A DNA stretch of 64,000 nt from Patescibacteria group bacterium (GCA_028716045.1 JAQUQO010000001.1:452096-516095); one strand, 5' to 3'. Shown: positions 19,739 to 29,635, numbered from the stretch's first letter. The notes: generated by a model from the letters alone, not told the origin. Made by a program: numbers and translations.

Positions 19739-20455
19739 CTATTCTTTGATTTGCTGGGTTATTTTGTCTTTGGTCCAGGAACTGACGCTATCATCAACAA
19801 TTTCTCCGTCTTTAATGGCGATTACTCTTCGGGCATGTTCGGCTATATACTTTTCATGAGTGATAAGAATAATGGTGCGGCCCTGTTTGTTTAAATCCTG
19901 AAAGGTCTCCAAAACAATCTCGCCGGTTTTGCTGTCTAGATTACCAGTAGGTTCGTCGGCAAATATAATCTTGGGATTATTAATAAGCGCGCGCGCAATC
20001 GCCACTCTCTGCATTTGCCCGCCGGAAAGCTGATTGGAGAGATGGTAAAAATGCGACTCGTCAAGTCCGGCGTTCTTAAGCGCCTCCTTGGCTTTTTTTT
20101 CTCTCTCCTCCAGCGGCACTTCCATATAGATTAACGGCAAAATTACGTTTTTAAGAACCGTGGCTCGCGGCAAAAGATTAAATGACTGAAAAACGAAACC
20201 GATTTTGTTTTTTCTGATATCCGCCAGCTCGTCATCGGATAATTTTGACACGTCCTGGCCGTCTAAAAAATATTCGCCGCTTGTCGGCGTATCCAAACAG
20301 CCCAAGATATGCATCAGGGTTGACTTGCCCGAACCGGACGGCCCGACAATGGCCGTAAATTCGCCATCCTGAATCGTCAGAGAAACCTCTTTAAGCACTG
20401 TCGTTTCCAATTCTCCGGCTTTATATATTTTTGTGATATTTTTACATTCAATCAT
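19739..20455 (-). CDS. ABC transporter ATP-binding protein (MacB/LolD-like)
   Basis: [33 protein letters not shown]. Confidence 0.96.
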   Translation of the reverse strand: MIECKNITKIYKAGELETTVLKEVSLTIQDGEFTAIVGPSGSGKSTLMHILGCLDTPTSGEYFLDGQDVSKLSDDELADIRKNKIGFVFQSFNLLPRATVLKNVILPLIYMEVPLEEREKKAKEALKNAGLDESHFYHLSNQLSGGQMQRVAIARALINNPKIIFADEPTGNLDSKTGEIVLETFQDLNKQGRTIILITHEKYIAEHARRVIAIKDGEIVDDSVSSWTKDKITQQIKE

Positions 20456-20465
20456 ATAGTTCGAA

Positions 20466-22241
20466 TTATCTCATGCCCGGCCCGCCGCCGGATATGCCAA
20501 AAACGGAAGCGTTCGTTTTATTCCCGCCGGAAGAAGTTGTTGACGTTGAATTTTTTTGAATAGTTCTGACGATGATGATATCGCCCTCGGACAGGCCGCT
20601 TAAAACTTCGGTATATTCATCATTGGAAATTCCCGCTTCTATCTGCCGGCGCTCCGGAGAATTCTTTAAAATAATTCCGCCGGAAACGGCCGCGGCCGTG
20701 ACGTCGGTTTCCGCCGCGCCGGGCGCCTCCACATAACTTACGTCGTTCTGCTGTTTGACCGCCGCGTTAGGCACGGACAAAGTATCCAGCTTGACCTCCG
20801 TAACGATGGAGGCGGAAACGCTCATGCCGGGCTTAACCCGTTCGTCCTGCGTATCAAAAACTATTTTAACGTTATAAGTCACCACACCTTGGCTGACCGT
20901 GCCGATGGCGTCAATTTCCGCCACCTCTCCGGCAATACTCAACTCTTCTACGGCGTCAAAAGTGAGTGTCGCTTTCTGGCCGGTTTTCACTTTGGCGGCA
21001 TCCACTTCATTCAAAGAAATTTCGGCGATTTTCTGCTTGGTAATCAGCGTTCCCAAAACGGTTGCGGAAGAAACCGTGTCGCCCTTTTTGGCATCCACCG
21101 CTACCATCACGCCGTCAAAAGGAGCGCGCACGTAATAATCCGCGTATTTTTCCTTGGCATCCAACAACGCGTTCTCTTTCTGCTTGATGGTTAATTCCGA
21201 TGATTTAATATCAAGTTCGTCAGCTCCGGCTTTGAGGTCGGCCAGCGAGCCGGTTTTTTCGGCAATGGTTCTGTCGGCGTTAATAATAGTTTCTTTATCA
21301 GTTTGTATCGTCCGTTCTATGGCCAGAAGATTGGAAAGATGGTTATTCGTCTGCCCCGTATAAGTGTTTAAATCTGATAAATAAGTGGTGGCCAGCGTTT
21401 CGGGCGTAAAATTATGTTCAATCAGCTGGTCGGCATAAAATTGGATGAGATTATTGGCGTCCTTGACGGCTTCCGCGATATTCTTGGTGGTTTCGTAAGT
21501 TTCATCAATCAATGATTCAATCACGTCGTCAGTTGAAAATCGGCTGGTGGCTTTGTAATCATTAAAATTTTCATCGTAAGCCGTCCGGGCGGTTTCATAC
21601 GATTCTTTGGCGCTGTTTTTGTAGATTAAAACCTTGCCGTCATAACCCTCCACTCTGTCGGAAAAATAATCTAAATTATCCTGATTCTTGTTAAAAGTGT
21701 TGCCGAATAAAATATCGTTGAGACCGGACATCACTGTTGGCAAATCCAGAAAAACATTGGCGACATCGTTGAAACCGTCCTCATACGCTTTGACAAGGTC
21801 ATCATCCGCTTTTTGTTTGGATTCTTTGGCTTGAGCTAAAGAATTTTCGGCCTGAAGAATTGACAGTTCGTCCGCCGGCTTCTTTAATTTTTCCAATGAC
21901 AACTTCGCCGATTCCAGCGCGGATTCGGCGTCGCGAACCGATTTTTGCGCTTCCTTGGAATCTAACTGTCCGATCAGCGTGCCAGTTTTCACTTCCTCGC
22001 CCGTTTTCACTCCGACATAAACAAGGTCGCCGGAGATTTTCGGCGTAATGTCTATTTGATTGGATGCCGAGATTTGTCCGCTACCGAAAACGGAAGTGAT
22101 AAGCGTTCCCTTGGTCACGGCTGCCAAAACATAGCGGACTTCGGCCGTGTCGCCCCAGTACGCTTTATATCCGAAATAACCGCCGACCGCGGCCAGCGCG
22201 ACAATCAGGACGATGATAATTTTTCGCTTGGCTAAAAACAT
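20466..22241 (-). CDS. MacA-like membrane fusion protein with long helical insertion
   Basis: VRAPFDGV, VKPGMS, GISN..Y.EVLSGL.EGD. Confidence 0.9.
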   Translation of the reverse strand: MFLAKRKIIIVLIVALAAVGGYFGYKAYWGDTAEVRYVLAAVTKGTLITSVFGSGQISASNQIDITPKISGDLVYVGVKTGEEVKTGTLIGQLDSKEAQKSVRDAESALESAKLSLEKLKKPADELSILQAENSLAQAKESKQKADDDLVKAYEDGFNDVANVFLDLPTVMSGLNDILFGNTFNKNQDNLDYFSDRVEGYDGKVLIYKNSAKESYETARTAYDENFNDYKATSRFSTDDVIESLIDETYETTKNIAEAVKDANNLIQFYADQLIEHNFTPETLATTYLSDLNTYTGQTNNHLSNLLAIERTIQTDKETIINADRTIAEKTGSLADLKAGADELDIKSSELTIKQKENALLDAKEKYADYYVRAPFDGVMVAVDAKKGDTVSSATVLGTLITKQKIAEISLNEVDAAKVKTGQKATLTFDAVEELSIAGEVAEIDAIGTVSQGVVTYNVKIVFDTQDERVKPGMSVSASIVTEVKLDTLSVPNAAVKQQNDVSYVEAPGAAETDVTAAAVSGGIILKNSPERRQIEAGISNDEYTEVLSGLSEGDIIIVRTIQKNSTSTTSSGGNKTNASVFGISGGGPGMR

Positions 22242-22268
22242 AAAAAATTTCTGCGTTATTGAAAATAA

Positions 22269-22778
22269 TTATTTCTTATTGGGAAAAATATCCAACGGGC
22301 GTTCCGCCGGCGGCGTGGGCATAATTCTGATGAGCTTGGCCGCTATCTGCCCGGTGTCATTCGGCTCGCCGATGGCCACCAAAAAATCATTAATTTTAAG
22401 TTCGGCCGGCTGGATGGTTTCCTTTAAACTTTTTATCACCGTCTCACCGTTAATTAAAATTATTTTTTCAACGTCTCCGCGCCCCTTGATGACCAGCGTG
22501 GCTATTCGCTCCGGCTCTGTCCCCGCGTCAATTTTTATAATTTGCCCGAAGGTGCCATTGGCTTCGATAAAATCCTTGTCGCTCCAACCCATGCCAAACC
22601 CGCCCCGCGGGCCGCCGAAATTCTGGTGATAATTATCGCTCCAGCGGCAGAAAAAATCCGCTTTTCTGAAACCCACCATGGTGCCGGCTTTAAAAGCGGC
22701 CAGCAGAATTAACAGCGCCAGAATCGCGAAAAAAGAATACTGAAATGCCTTGGATTGGAAAAATTTATTGATATCCAT
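22269..22778 (-). CDS. Hypothetical membrane-anchored protein
   Basis: One TM then a beta-rich domain ending GQIAAKLIRI; in the operon. Confidence 0.75.
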   Translation of the reverse strand: MDINKFFQSKAFQYSFFAILALLILLAAFKAGTMVGFRKADFFCRWSDNYHQNFGGPRGGFGMGWSDKDFIEANGTFGQIIKIDAGTEPERIATLVIKGRGDVEKIILINGETVIKSLKETIQPAELKINDFLVAIGEPNDTGQIAAKLIRIMPTPPAERPLDIFPNKK

Positions 22779-22784
22779 AAAAAT

Positions 22785-23204
22785 TTAATTATGAATTAAT
22801 TGTTTTAAGACAAAAATGAATTTTAAATTTTTTACCGACAATTTGAGCAACTCCAAAAAAACCAACACTACCGCCAATAGTAAAATCAAGCTCATCGCCG
22901 GCAGAGTTTCCAAAAGGGACAAGGCAAAGTTCTGCCAATAAGCGGCGACAATGCCGGTATCGGAAATAATCAAGGATAAAAATTTTATAAACCCCGATTC
23001 CGCAAACCCCGCGTAAACCATTTTAAAAACCGGGACCAAAGCCACTATTGACCCCAAAAGGCCAACGGAGAAAAGGGCTAAGCGGCGTTTGACGGCCGCT
23101 AATTTACGCTCCTCCTCAAGGCGGAGCAGCGTTCTTTGGAAAAGCCCGGCCGGCGGTTCCGGAGACGGGAGGCGGGTGAATAATTTTTCGTAATTTTCGT
23201 TCAT
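22785..23204 (-). CDS. Putative anti-sigma membrane protein
   Basis: EPPAGL...L.R N-terminus plus TMs, directly downstream of the ECF sigma gene. Confidence 0.65.
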   Translation of the reverse strand: MNENYEKLFTRLPSPEPPAGLFQRTLLRLEEERKLAAVKRRLALFSVGLLGSIVALVPVFKMVYAGFAESGFIKFLSLIISDTGIVAAYWQNFALSLLETLPAMSLILLLAVVLVFLELLKLSVKNLKFIFVLKQLIHN

Positions 23205-23280
23205 AAAATCTGGGTTATTATTAATACGAATTAAAAACGCCTTTTGGTGCGTTTCTTAAAAATGGTCTGTTTTTATAGAG

Positions 23281-23850
23281 TTATTCAACGGTTTCCGTAA
23301 GAATTTTTTTGAGCGCCAACAACGCGCGGCGCTGGCGGCTTTTGACCGTGTTTAAGGGCTCGCCGAGTACGGCAGCGATTTCACGAAAGTTAAAACCATC
23401 TTTGTAATACAAAAATAAAACCGCACGATATTTGGCCGGCAGCTTGTCCATGGCGCGGGCTAGCATCTGCTCTATATCCGCCCGTTCTAAAATTTCATCG
23501 GGCAAAGGAGCGGGGTCAACCAGTGTGTCTAAAATAGAGTTGCTATCGGCTTCGTCAGAGAGTTCGGAAAACAGCAGGGCTTTTTTCTTTTTTAAAAAAT
23601 CTATGGCCGTATTTTTGGCAATGCTGAAAATCCAGGTTTTAAAACTTTTCCGTTGGTCAAATTTTTTAATATGTTTCCACGCTTTGACAAAAACATCCTG
23701 GGTAATGTCTTCCGCGTCCGAAGCAGTGCCGGCGTAATAATAAACAAAGCCGTAAATCGGCTTTAGATATCGCTGAATTAAAACTTCCAGCGATTTCTCA
23801 TCGCCCTTGAGATACTGGCTGACAAGTTTTTCGTCGCTAATTTCCAGCAT
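23281..23850 (-). CDS. ECF RNA polymerase sigma factor
   Basis: AEDITQDVFVKAW, FKTWIFSIAKN, EIAAVLG.PLNTVKSR. Confidence 0.95.
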   Translation of the reverse strand: MLEISDEKLVSQYLKGDEKSLEVLIQRYLKPIYGFVYYYAGTASDAEDITQDVFVKAWKHIKKFDQRKSFKTWIFSIAKNTAIDFLKKKKALLFSELSDEADSNSILDTLVDPAPLPDEILERADIEQMLARAMDKLPAKYRAVLFLYYKDGFNFREIAAVLGEPLNTVKSRQRRALLALKKILTETVE

Positions 23851-23874
23851 ACCCAGTAGTATAGCATATTATAC

Positions 23875-23913
23875 CAAAAATCGTCCTGAGTTTATCGAGG
23901 GACGATTTTTTGA
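23875..23913. repeat. Conserved hairpin (terminator/REP-like), copy 2, inverted relative to copy 1
   Basis: Reverse complement is TCAAAAAATCGTCCC-TCGATAAACTC-AGGACGATTTTT. Confidence 0.8.
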
Positions 23914-23933
23914 AATGGAAAATTAAATTATTA

Positions 23934-24335
23934 CTATTCTGTGGTCTGACCGTCAAACTCGGGCGAACTGGCCACGGCCTCTTCTTTGGTGGCGCGAACC
24001 ACACCATCTTGATGATGCGCCGGGGAATAAATGGTGTAAAGTTTTAACGGCGCGGTAGCGGAAACATTAATGATGTTATGTTCGGCGCCGGCGGGGATAA
24101 CCACCGCGTCGCCATCCGTGACGTCATATTCATTGCCGTCAATCATTACCTTGCCCTGACCGGATTCAAAACGAAAAAACTGGTCATTGTCGGAATGGAT
24201 TTCCATGCCAATCTCTTCGTTGGGGGCAAGAGACATTAAAACCAATTGGCTGTGCGGGCCGGTATAAAGCACCCGGCGGAAATTTTCATTGGCCACGGTT
24301 AATTTCTCAATGTTGTCTTTGAAACCTTTTTTCAT
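23934..24335 (-). CDS. Cupin domain protein
   Basis: FRRVLYTG..SQLVLMSL...EIH...DQFF; IPAGAEHN; LYTIYSP. Confidence 0.92.
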   Translation of the reverse strand: MKKGFKDNIEKLTVANENFRRVLYTGPHSQLVLMSLAPNEEIGMEIHSDNDQFFRFESGQGKVMIDGNEYDVTDGDAVVIPAGAEHNIINVSATAPLKLYTIYSPAHHQDGVVRATKEEAVASSPEFDGQTTE

Positions 24336-24402
24336 AAGCGTGTTGTTAATTGGTTAATTTTTGTTATTTAAAAAACACTCATAGGGTTTGCTTTTGCAAA
24401 AT

Positions 24403-24828
24403 TTATTTTTGCTTTAACGAAGAATCCAAAAAAACAATCTTCCTTAAAATACGTTTGGGATTCCGCTTTATCTCGTGCTCCCAAAATCTCAACACTTTCC
24501 ACTCGTCTCGGATAAGTTGTTTCTTGACCTTTTTGTCTCTTTCCTGATTAGCGGCAATTTTTGTTTTCCAAAACTTTGCATTGGTCTGCGGATAAGTCCG
24601 ACATTTGGGGCAACCGTGCCAAAAACAGCCGTCAACAAAAACTGCTACTTTATTTTTTGGAAAGATAAAATCCGGAGTTCCAAAAATATGTCGGCCTCGA
24701 CGACGCCAACCCCTAATTTTATTTGCACGAAAAAGCGTTATCAGGGCGAGTTCGGTACTTTTATTGTTCCGGCCCCTGATAGCTGCCATATTTTTTGATC
24801 TTTGTGCTTTCGTGTGAACATCTACCAT
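24403..24828 (-). CDS. vsr: Very-short-patch repair endonuclease Vsr
   Basis: RSKNMAAIR, GTPDF, VFVDGCFWHGCP, WKVLRFWEHE. Confidence 0.95.
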   Translation of the reverse strand: MVDVHTKAQRSKNMAAIRGRNNKSTELALITLFRANKIRGWRRRGRHIFGTPDFIFPKNKVAVFVDGCFWHGCPKCRTYPQTNAKFWKTKIAANQERDKKVKKQLIRDEWKVLRFWEHEIKRNPKRILRKIVFLDSSLKQK

Positions 24829-24830
24829 TT

Positions 24831-24995
24831 TTACCCGGTTGATTTTCTACCTTTGCGCGAACATTCTGCCGAGCAAAACCTGCTAGTTGTCTGATAACCA
24901 TTTTTGCGCGGATGATAAGCTATTCCGCAAACATCACATATTTTAGTTATGCTCAAATCACGAACTTCCTTTGCTGTTTTCTTTTTAGCGGTCAT
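24831..24995 (-). CDS. Small basic zinc-finger protein (54 aa), below the ORF-track cutoff
   Basis: Manual translation MTAKKKTAKEVRDLSITKICDVCGIAYHPRKNGYQTTSRFCSAECSRKGRKSTG*; fills the gap between HNH and vsr with 2-nt spacing on each side. Confidence 0.8.
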   Translation of the reverse strand: MTAKKKTAKEVRDLSITKICDVCGIAYHPRKNGYQTTSRFCSAECSRKGRKSTG

Positions 24996-24997
24996 AA

Positions 24998-25993
24998 CTA
25001 TCTTTTGAAAATATTATCTCTGTGGTAATTAAGATATAAACACCTTTTGTCACTGGGCGGAATATTATATTTTCTTCCTTTTGCGAGATGAAGTTTTTTA
25101 AGGTTCAGGGGTGATATGTATGGCGAGAGAAGAATTGTTCCATCGTCTTCAAACGAAATAAATCCCTGATCAAACAACCGATCATATGTTGGTGTAAGTG
25201 CGAGTCCGTTATTATGGTCTATTTTCTCCGTCTCACTTGATACGCTCCATGGTTTTATGTGGCTTGCAATTAAAATCCTTTCATCGTTAACTCTCGTTAT
25301 TATACATTCTGACGATTCTTCCATCAATTTTTGTCGGTAAGCGCCTTGTCCGATTCTTGCATCTCTTAATTGTTCCTTTTTCTCCTCTGTCAATTTTGGG
25401 TCTTGCTCAATGGCTTTTTCAACTTCCTCAACCTTAGCGGGATGATAGTAAGGGTTAAAATTATAGCTTAATGCCGGTCTAAAAAAGAATTTTATATTTC
25501 CTTTGGCATCTTTTAATTTTAAAATTGAGATATAAGAAATAATCGGAAGCGCGATATTTCTGAAAAAATCAAAAACATTGTCATCTGATTTAATGTAAAA
25601 CCGTGATCTATCTTGCGGTACGGCATGGCTTATACTGAACTCTTCGTAATCAGAAAGCTCTTGTAATTTTTGGTGATATTCTTCCCATTTGCCGGAAATA
25701 TCCTGCCTATATTTTTGTTCCTGTTGTTCGTACTCAAATTTGGCGTCTCCTAAATAATCCTCAAAATCTTTTTTCAGAAAAAATCCTTTTCCACTAAAGT
25801 CGCCAAAAAAATCACCGAAATCTTTTTTCTTCTGAGCACCGACATACAATTTTGCCTCTCCGTGTCCTGTTGTACCTTGGAGTTTATTGCTTTTAACAAA
25901 AGAATCAGCCAGCGGAATATTATCCACTTCATCGAGCAATTCAAGCTGTTCTCCCTTAATTTCTATGTAGTTTTCTTCGTTATTATTTGGCAT
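24998..25993 (-). CDS. HNH endonuclease, probable restriction enzyme
   Basis: RIGQGAYR...LIASHIKPW...NGLALTPTYDRLFDQGFISF (HNH_2-type); 1 nt from the MTase gene. Confidence 0.85.
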   Translation of the reverse strand: MPNNNEENYIEIKGEQLELLDEVDNIPLADSFVKSNKLQGTTGHGEAKLYVGAQKKKDFGDFFGDFSGKGFFLKKDFEDYLGDAKFEYEQQEQKYRQDISGKWEEYHQKLQELSDYEEFSISHAVPQDRSRFYIKSDDNVFDFFRNIALPIISYISILKLKDAKGNIKFFFRPALSYNFNPYYHPAKVEEVEKAIEQDPKLTEEKKEQLRDARIGQGAYRQKLMEESSECIITRVNDERILIASHIKPWSVSSETEKIDHNNGLALTPTYDRLFDQGFISFEDDGTILLSPYISPLNLKKLHLAKGRKYNIPPSDKRCLYLNYHRDNIFKR

Positions 25994-25994
25994 A

Positions 25995-27083
25995 TTACAA
26001 ATTTATTTTTGTTGAGCTAACACCCATATTCTGTAAAATAGCCATGAGTACATTAACGACAATGCTGTTGCCCGCCTGTTTATACATTTGAGTATCACTT
26101 ACAACTATGTTGAAACTATCATCAAAACCCATTAACCGCAAACATTCGCGCGGAGATAATTTTCTTATTCTTCCGCTACGCGTAATATAGTTATCCACTC
26201 CGGCACGATGCATTTTTGCCATTGTCGCAAGCAACGGGCGGGCAACAGCAAGGTCAGTCTCGGGTTTACTGTAAAAATTTTTTGTTCCGCTTGCCAAAAC
26301 ATATTTAGCAACTTTATCCGAAAGAAAATATTTTTCATCTACTCGCCCTGCCGGTTCAAAAACAAAATCTCCGTGCCAATTGAATTGCTGATTTGCTTTT
26401 TGGCAAAGCGCAACCTGTCCGTTAATTTGGGTATATTTCTTGTCTAGATTTTTCTGACTGGTTACAAATTTTATTCCTTTTTCAGGAAGATAATATTTAT
26501 TCTCCGCTGTATCATCAAGTAAATCATGCATTGTGATTTTTAATTCAACGGGATCAGGAAACTTAAATTTTTTTTTGTTTCTGAAACCGACAACAAAAAG
26601 ACGCTCACGGTTTTGTGGTATTCCATAATCTTTTGCGTTTAATACCTTCGGAAAATAGCTATAGCCAAGTTTCTTAAATGTATTTTGTATAACTTCCCAT
26701 GTTTTACCGCTATCATGACTTAATAATCCTTTCACATTTTCAAAAATAAACGCCTTCGGTTTTATTTCATTAACAAGACGGGCAAATTCATAAAATAATG
26801 TTCCGCGAGCGTCTTTGAATCCTCGTCTTTTTCCAACCATTGAAAATGACTGACATGGCGTTCCGCCGACAAGCAGATCAACTTTACCCTTGAATTTTTT
26901 GCCGTCTATGTTTTGAACAAGATCAAACCAACACGAATCGTCAACATCATAGTTGGCAAAAAAACTTTCTTTTACATGCGGATCATTGTCGCAGGCAAAA
27001 ACCAGCTTATGCTTAACCCGCATACGCTTTAACGCATGTTCTATTGCTCCTATTCCGCTAAATGCTGTTGCTAATTTCAACAT
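25995..27083 (-). CDS. DNA (cytosine-5)-methyltransferase
   Basis: FSGIGA (I), GTPCQSFS (IV), ENV (VI), QNRER (VIII), RECLRLMGF (IX), QAGNS (X). Confidence 0.96.
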   Translation of the reverse strand: MLKLATAFSGIGAIEHALKRMRVKHKLVFACDNDPHVKESFFANYDVDDSCWFDLVQNIDGKKFKGKVDLLVGGTPCQSFSMVGKRRGFKDARGTLFYEFARLVNEIKPKAFIFENVKGLLSHDSGKTWEVIQNTFKKLGYSYFPKVLNAKDYGIPQNRERLFVVGFRNKKKFKFPDPVELKITMHDLLDDTAENKYYLPEKGIKFVTSQKNLDKKYTQINGQVALCQKANQQFNWHGDFVFEPAGRVDEKYFLSDKVAKYVLASGTKNFYSKPETDLAVARPLLATMAKMHRAGVDNYITRSGRIRKLSPRECLRLMGFDDSFNIVVSDTQMYKQAGNSIVVNVLMAILQNMGVSSTKINL

Positions 27084-27314
27084 ATACTTATCTCTTAATT
27101 ATATTATATCAGCTACAGAAAATTCTTGCCAGACCTCTGCTATTTTATTGATTCTGCCATGTGTCTTGGCGGGGGGCAAAAAATGGAGGGGATCAAGGGG
27201 GGAATTTTTGCCCGCGAGCAGTGCCGGGTCAATCTTCGCTTCTTGGATTTACGGATTAAATTAGGCAAAACAATTTCAAAAGCTTGTTGGGGTTTTAATT
27301 TAGGAGCCAATAAG

Positions 27315-27339
27315 AAAAAATCCCTTTCGGGATTTTTTT
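27315..27339. terminator. Bidirectional-type terminator hairpin
   Basis: AAAAAATCCC-TTTC-GGGATTTTTTT. Confidence 0.7.
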
Positions 27340-27342
27340 ATA

Positions 27343-27466
27343 CTAAATAAAATTATATAGCTTAAAATAATTCCCGGCGTTTAGTAATTTGCTTCGCCGG
27401 CGGGATACGCCACTCCCGATGAAAATTAAGGAAATAAAAGCGACAGTGATTGTTAAAATCATATAA
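27343..27466 (-). pseudogene. Degenerate fragment of a paralog of the 29168-29575 membrane-protein gene
   Basis: Aligns by eye with 29241-29363; reads YMILTITVAFISLIFI...GEANY*TPGIILSYIILF vs [16 protein letters not shown]...[18 protein letters not shown]; one frameshift and one stop. Confidence 0.8.
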
Positions 27467-27601
27467 AGTGGCAATTTATCCATTGACTTATGAAATCAAA
27501 ATACCGGCAAAAAACAGAAAATAAAAAAGCCTCCGTTTGATGCTATCTCCGGGAGGCAAAATTCTTAGACAATCTTGCGACAGACCTATTTCGCGAGCTT
27601 T

Positions 27602-28612
27602 TTAGCCCTTTGTTGCGAGCTCTTCAGCTCTCTCTTCCAGCGCTTTCTTTTCGTTATTTATTCTTACAATCTCTTCCCGACGCCTTTGCTCTTTATAGGC
27701 ACGCTCGGACTTCTCAAGTTTAGTATCAATTCGCCTTTTCTCGCGTTGTCGAATTCTATATAGCACGATAATCACCGCCGCGACTGAACCGCCGAGTACT
27801 GCCTCTTCCAAACTTTTAGGGATTCTATAAGTGTCGTTGTCTTCCACTGAAATTTTCGGCAAGTGACATCTTCGTCCAAGAGCCAGCTCGGTAAGTTTCT
27901 TTATTGAAGCTGGGTCAAGTTCTTGACCATTTAGACAATGGAGTTCCCCCAATGTATCAAGAATCTCAATAAACTGCGGTCTAGTCGCAATCATCCGTTT
28001 CTCCGTCTCCTCCTCTGGCGGCAAAAGCCATCTGTCGCTATACTTTTGGACAAACTGCCGGTATTCCCAACCAAGCCAGCTAAAATCCTGCAAGAACTTT
28101 TTAAATATTTCTTGCGAATGATTGAGGCGGTAAAGACGACCGAGATACTGGCAGTTTTTCCGGTCCGGTGCGAGAAACCAAAGAACCTTTTCAAACAATC
28201 TCTCATCACTCACCATCCACCACCATAAAGGTTCCCCGTAATTTTTTTCACTACCCTTGAAAAAATTCAGACACAGAACGTCAAAGGCTTTTTCTGCGAT
28301 TGCCCGCCGGTTAACAGAGTTTTTTTCGCCGTTTCCATATCCATATAATCCCTCCTCGCGACAATAAAAGTTACTGTCATTGTTATACCCATCTGCGACT
28401 TCCAAAAGAAATAATACTAATTGATGGCGGTCTTTTATCGGCCATCCTTCTCCCACTAAAAGGCCATGTAAGAGGCCAAGCTTTTCGGCAAGGTAAGTAG
28501 TCTGTTCCCACCTTTTCAGCCATTCCTCAAAACTGTGCCACACCCTTGGTACAAACTTCAACAAAGGATGAACCGGTTTCTCTTTCTCTTCTTTTTTTAA
28601 CTCTTCGTTCAT
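27602..28612 (-). CDS. Hypothetical protein with C-terminal coiled coil
   Basis: 336-aa ORF with AAGGAG SD; no family recognised. Confidence 0.75.
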   Translation of the reverse strand: MNEELKKEEKEKPVHPLLKFVPRVWHSFEEWLKRWEQTTYLAEKLGLLHGLLVGEGWPIKDRHQLVLFLLEVADGYNNDSNFYCREEGLYGYGNGEKNSVNRRAIAEKAFDVLCLNFFKGSEKNYGEPLWWWMVSDERLFEKVLWFLAPDRKNCQYLGRLYRLNHSQEIFKKFLQDFSWLGWEYRQFVQKYSDRWLLPPEEETEKRMIATRPQFIEILDTLGELHCLNGQELDPASIKKLTELALGRRCHLPKISVEDNDTYRIPKSLEEAVLGGSVAAVIIVLYRIRQREKRRIDTKLEKSERAYKEQRRREEIVRINNEKKALEERAEELATKG

Positions 28613-28870
28613 GACTTTTCTCCTTATTTATGCCCAGTTATTTAGGGCGGTTGTCAAATACCTATTTTATAAATTACGCCTTTCTATAAATTTGTCAACC
28701 CGACACCTCTCCTGCGGGCTAATTCACCCGGCGAGACGCCGACTATAAGCCAGGTTCCCCGTAACTAAAAAGCCGTCATCCAAACGGCTTGAAATTATAT
28801 CAATTTAAATTGGAGTATTGGTAATTATTAATACCATCTGCCTGTCTCTCCTGAACAAAATCCGACCTGT

Positions 28871-28895
28871 CCGTCCGAAGCTTCAGCGTAGGCGG
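28871..28895. repeat. REP-like palindrome CCG-CGAAGCTT-AGCG-AGGCGG, copy 1
   Basis: CCGTCCGAAGCTTCAGCGTAGGCGG; related copy at 30916-30940. Confidence 0.65.
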
Positions 28896-28989
28896 GACTT
28901 TTTTCCGCGAAAATTCCGACGCTGAATTTTGATCCCATAAATACGAGATGGGCGAGGTTAAAAAAATAAATTTTACAAAGTTGAAATTA

Positions 28990-29196
28990 TTATTTTTGAT
29001 ACTGAAAAACATTTTCAATCGTTTCATCAAAAACCCTGGAGATTTTAAACGCCAATCCCAGCGACGGGACATATTTGTTTTTTTCAATCGCGATAATAGT
29101 CTGGCGGGTAACGCCAACTTTGTCGGCCAATTCTTCTTGCGTCATATCGCGCATCGCCCGATAAACTTTAATCTTGTTCGTCGTCTGTTTCTCCAT
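28990..29196 (-). CDS. XRE-family HTH transcriptional regulator
   Basis: [34 protein letters not shown]. Confidence 0.95.
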   Translation of the reverse strand: MEKQTTNKIKVYRAMRDMTQEELADKVGVTRQTIIAIEKNKYVPSLGLAFKISRVFDETIENVFQYQK

Positions 29197-29575
29197 ATTT
29201 TTTGCTGAAGTATTTATAAAAAAGAGAATAGAAGGCCAAACTGAATAAGGTTATATAGCTTAAAATAATCCCCAGCATTTCGTAATTTGCTTCTCCGAGC
29301 CGTCTGCCGATTATAATGAAAACCAGGGAAAGAAAAGCGATGGTAATCGTTAAAATTGTGTAAGTCAAACGGGCCGCACGGCCACCGATGTTTTGAATCC
29401 TCTCGTCCACTAAAACCGCCTTTGTCTTTCTTCTGACCAAGAAAAGGAAAAGCAGGCCGATTAATACTCCGGCCAAAGCTAAAACGATGTTGTTATAAAC
29501 AACCGCTATGGCCACTGTGGCCGAGACAAAAGAAGCGGTCAGCACTTTCATTCTTTTAAATTGTTGGTAATTCAT
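29168..29575 (-). CDS. DUF2178-like membrane protein
   Basis: Four TMs with VDER...AAR.T motif; paired with the XRE gene. Confidence 0.8.
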   Translation of the reverse strand: MNYQQFKRMKVLTASFVSATVAIAVVYNNIVLALAGVLIGLLFLFLVRRKTKAVLVDERIQNIGGRAARLTYTILTITIAFLSLVFIIIGRRLGEANYEMLGIILSYITLFSLAFYSLFYKYFSKKYGETDDEQD

Positions 29576-29603
29576 AGGGTTTAATTAAGTTAAGTTTATA
29601 TTA

Positions 29604-29635
29604 CTAATAGTAAAGTAAACCTTACATTAGGTCAA
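29604..29635 (-). promoter_or_regulatory. Promoter with overlapping palindromic operator (probably for the XRE regulator)
   Basis: Minus TTGACC-17-TACTAT; palindrome CTAAT-A-GTAAAG-taaa-CCTTAC-ATTAG; TTATCCACA adjacent at 29641-29649. Confidence 0.6.

Noticed and set aside
28697-28762. GC-rich intergenic stretch as SRP RNA or riboswitch
   Set aside because: No SRP domain IV motif or recognisable aptamer; cannot be supported without a covariance-model search
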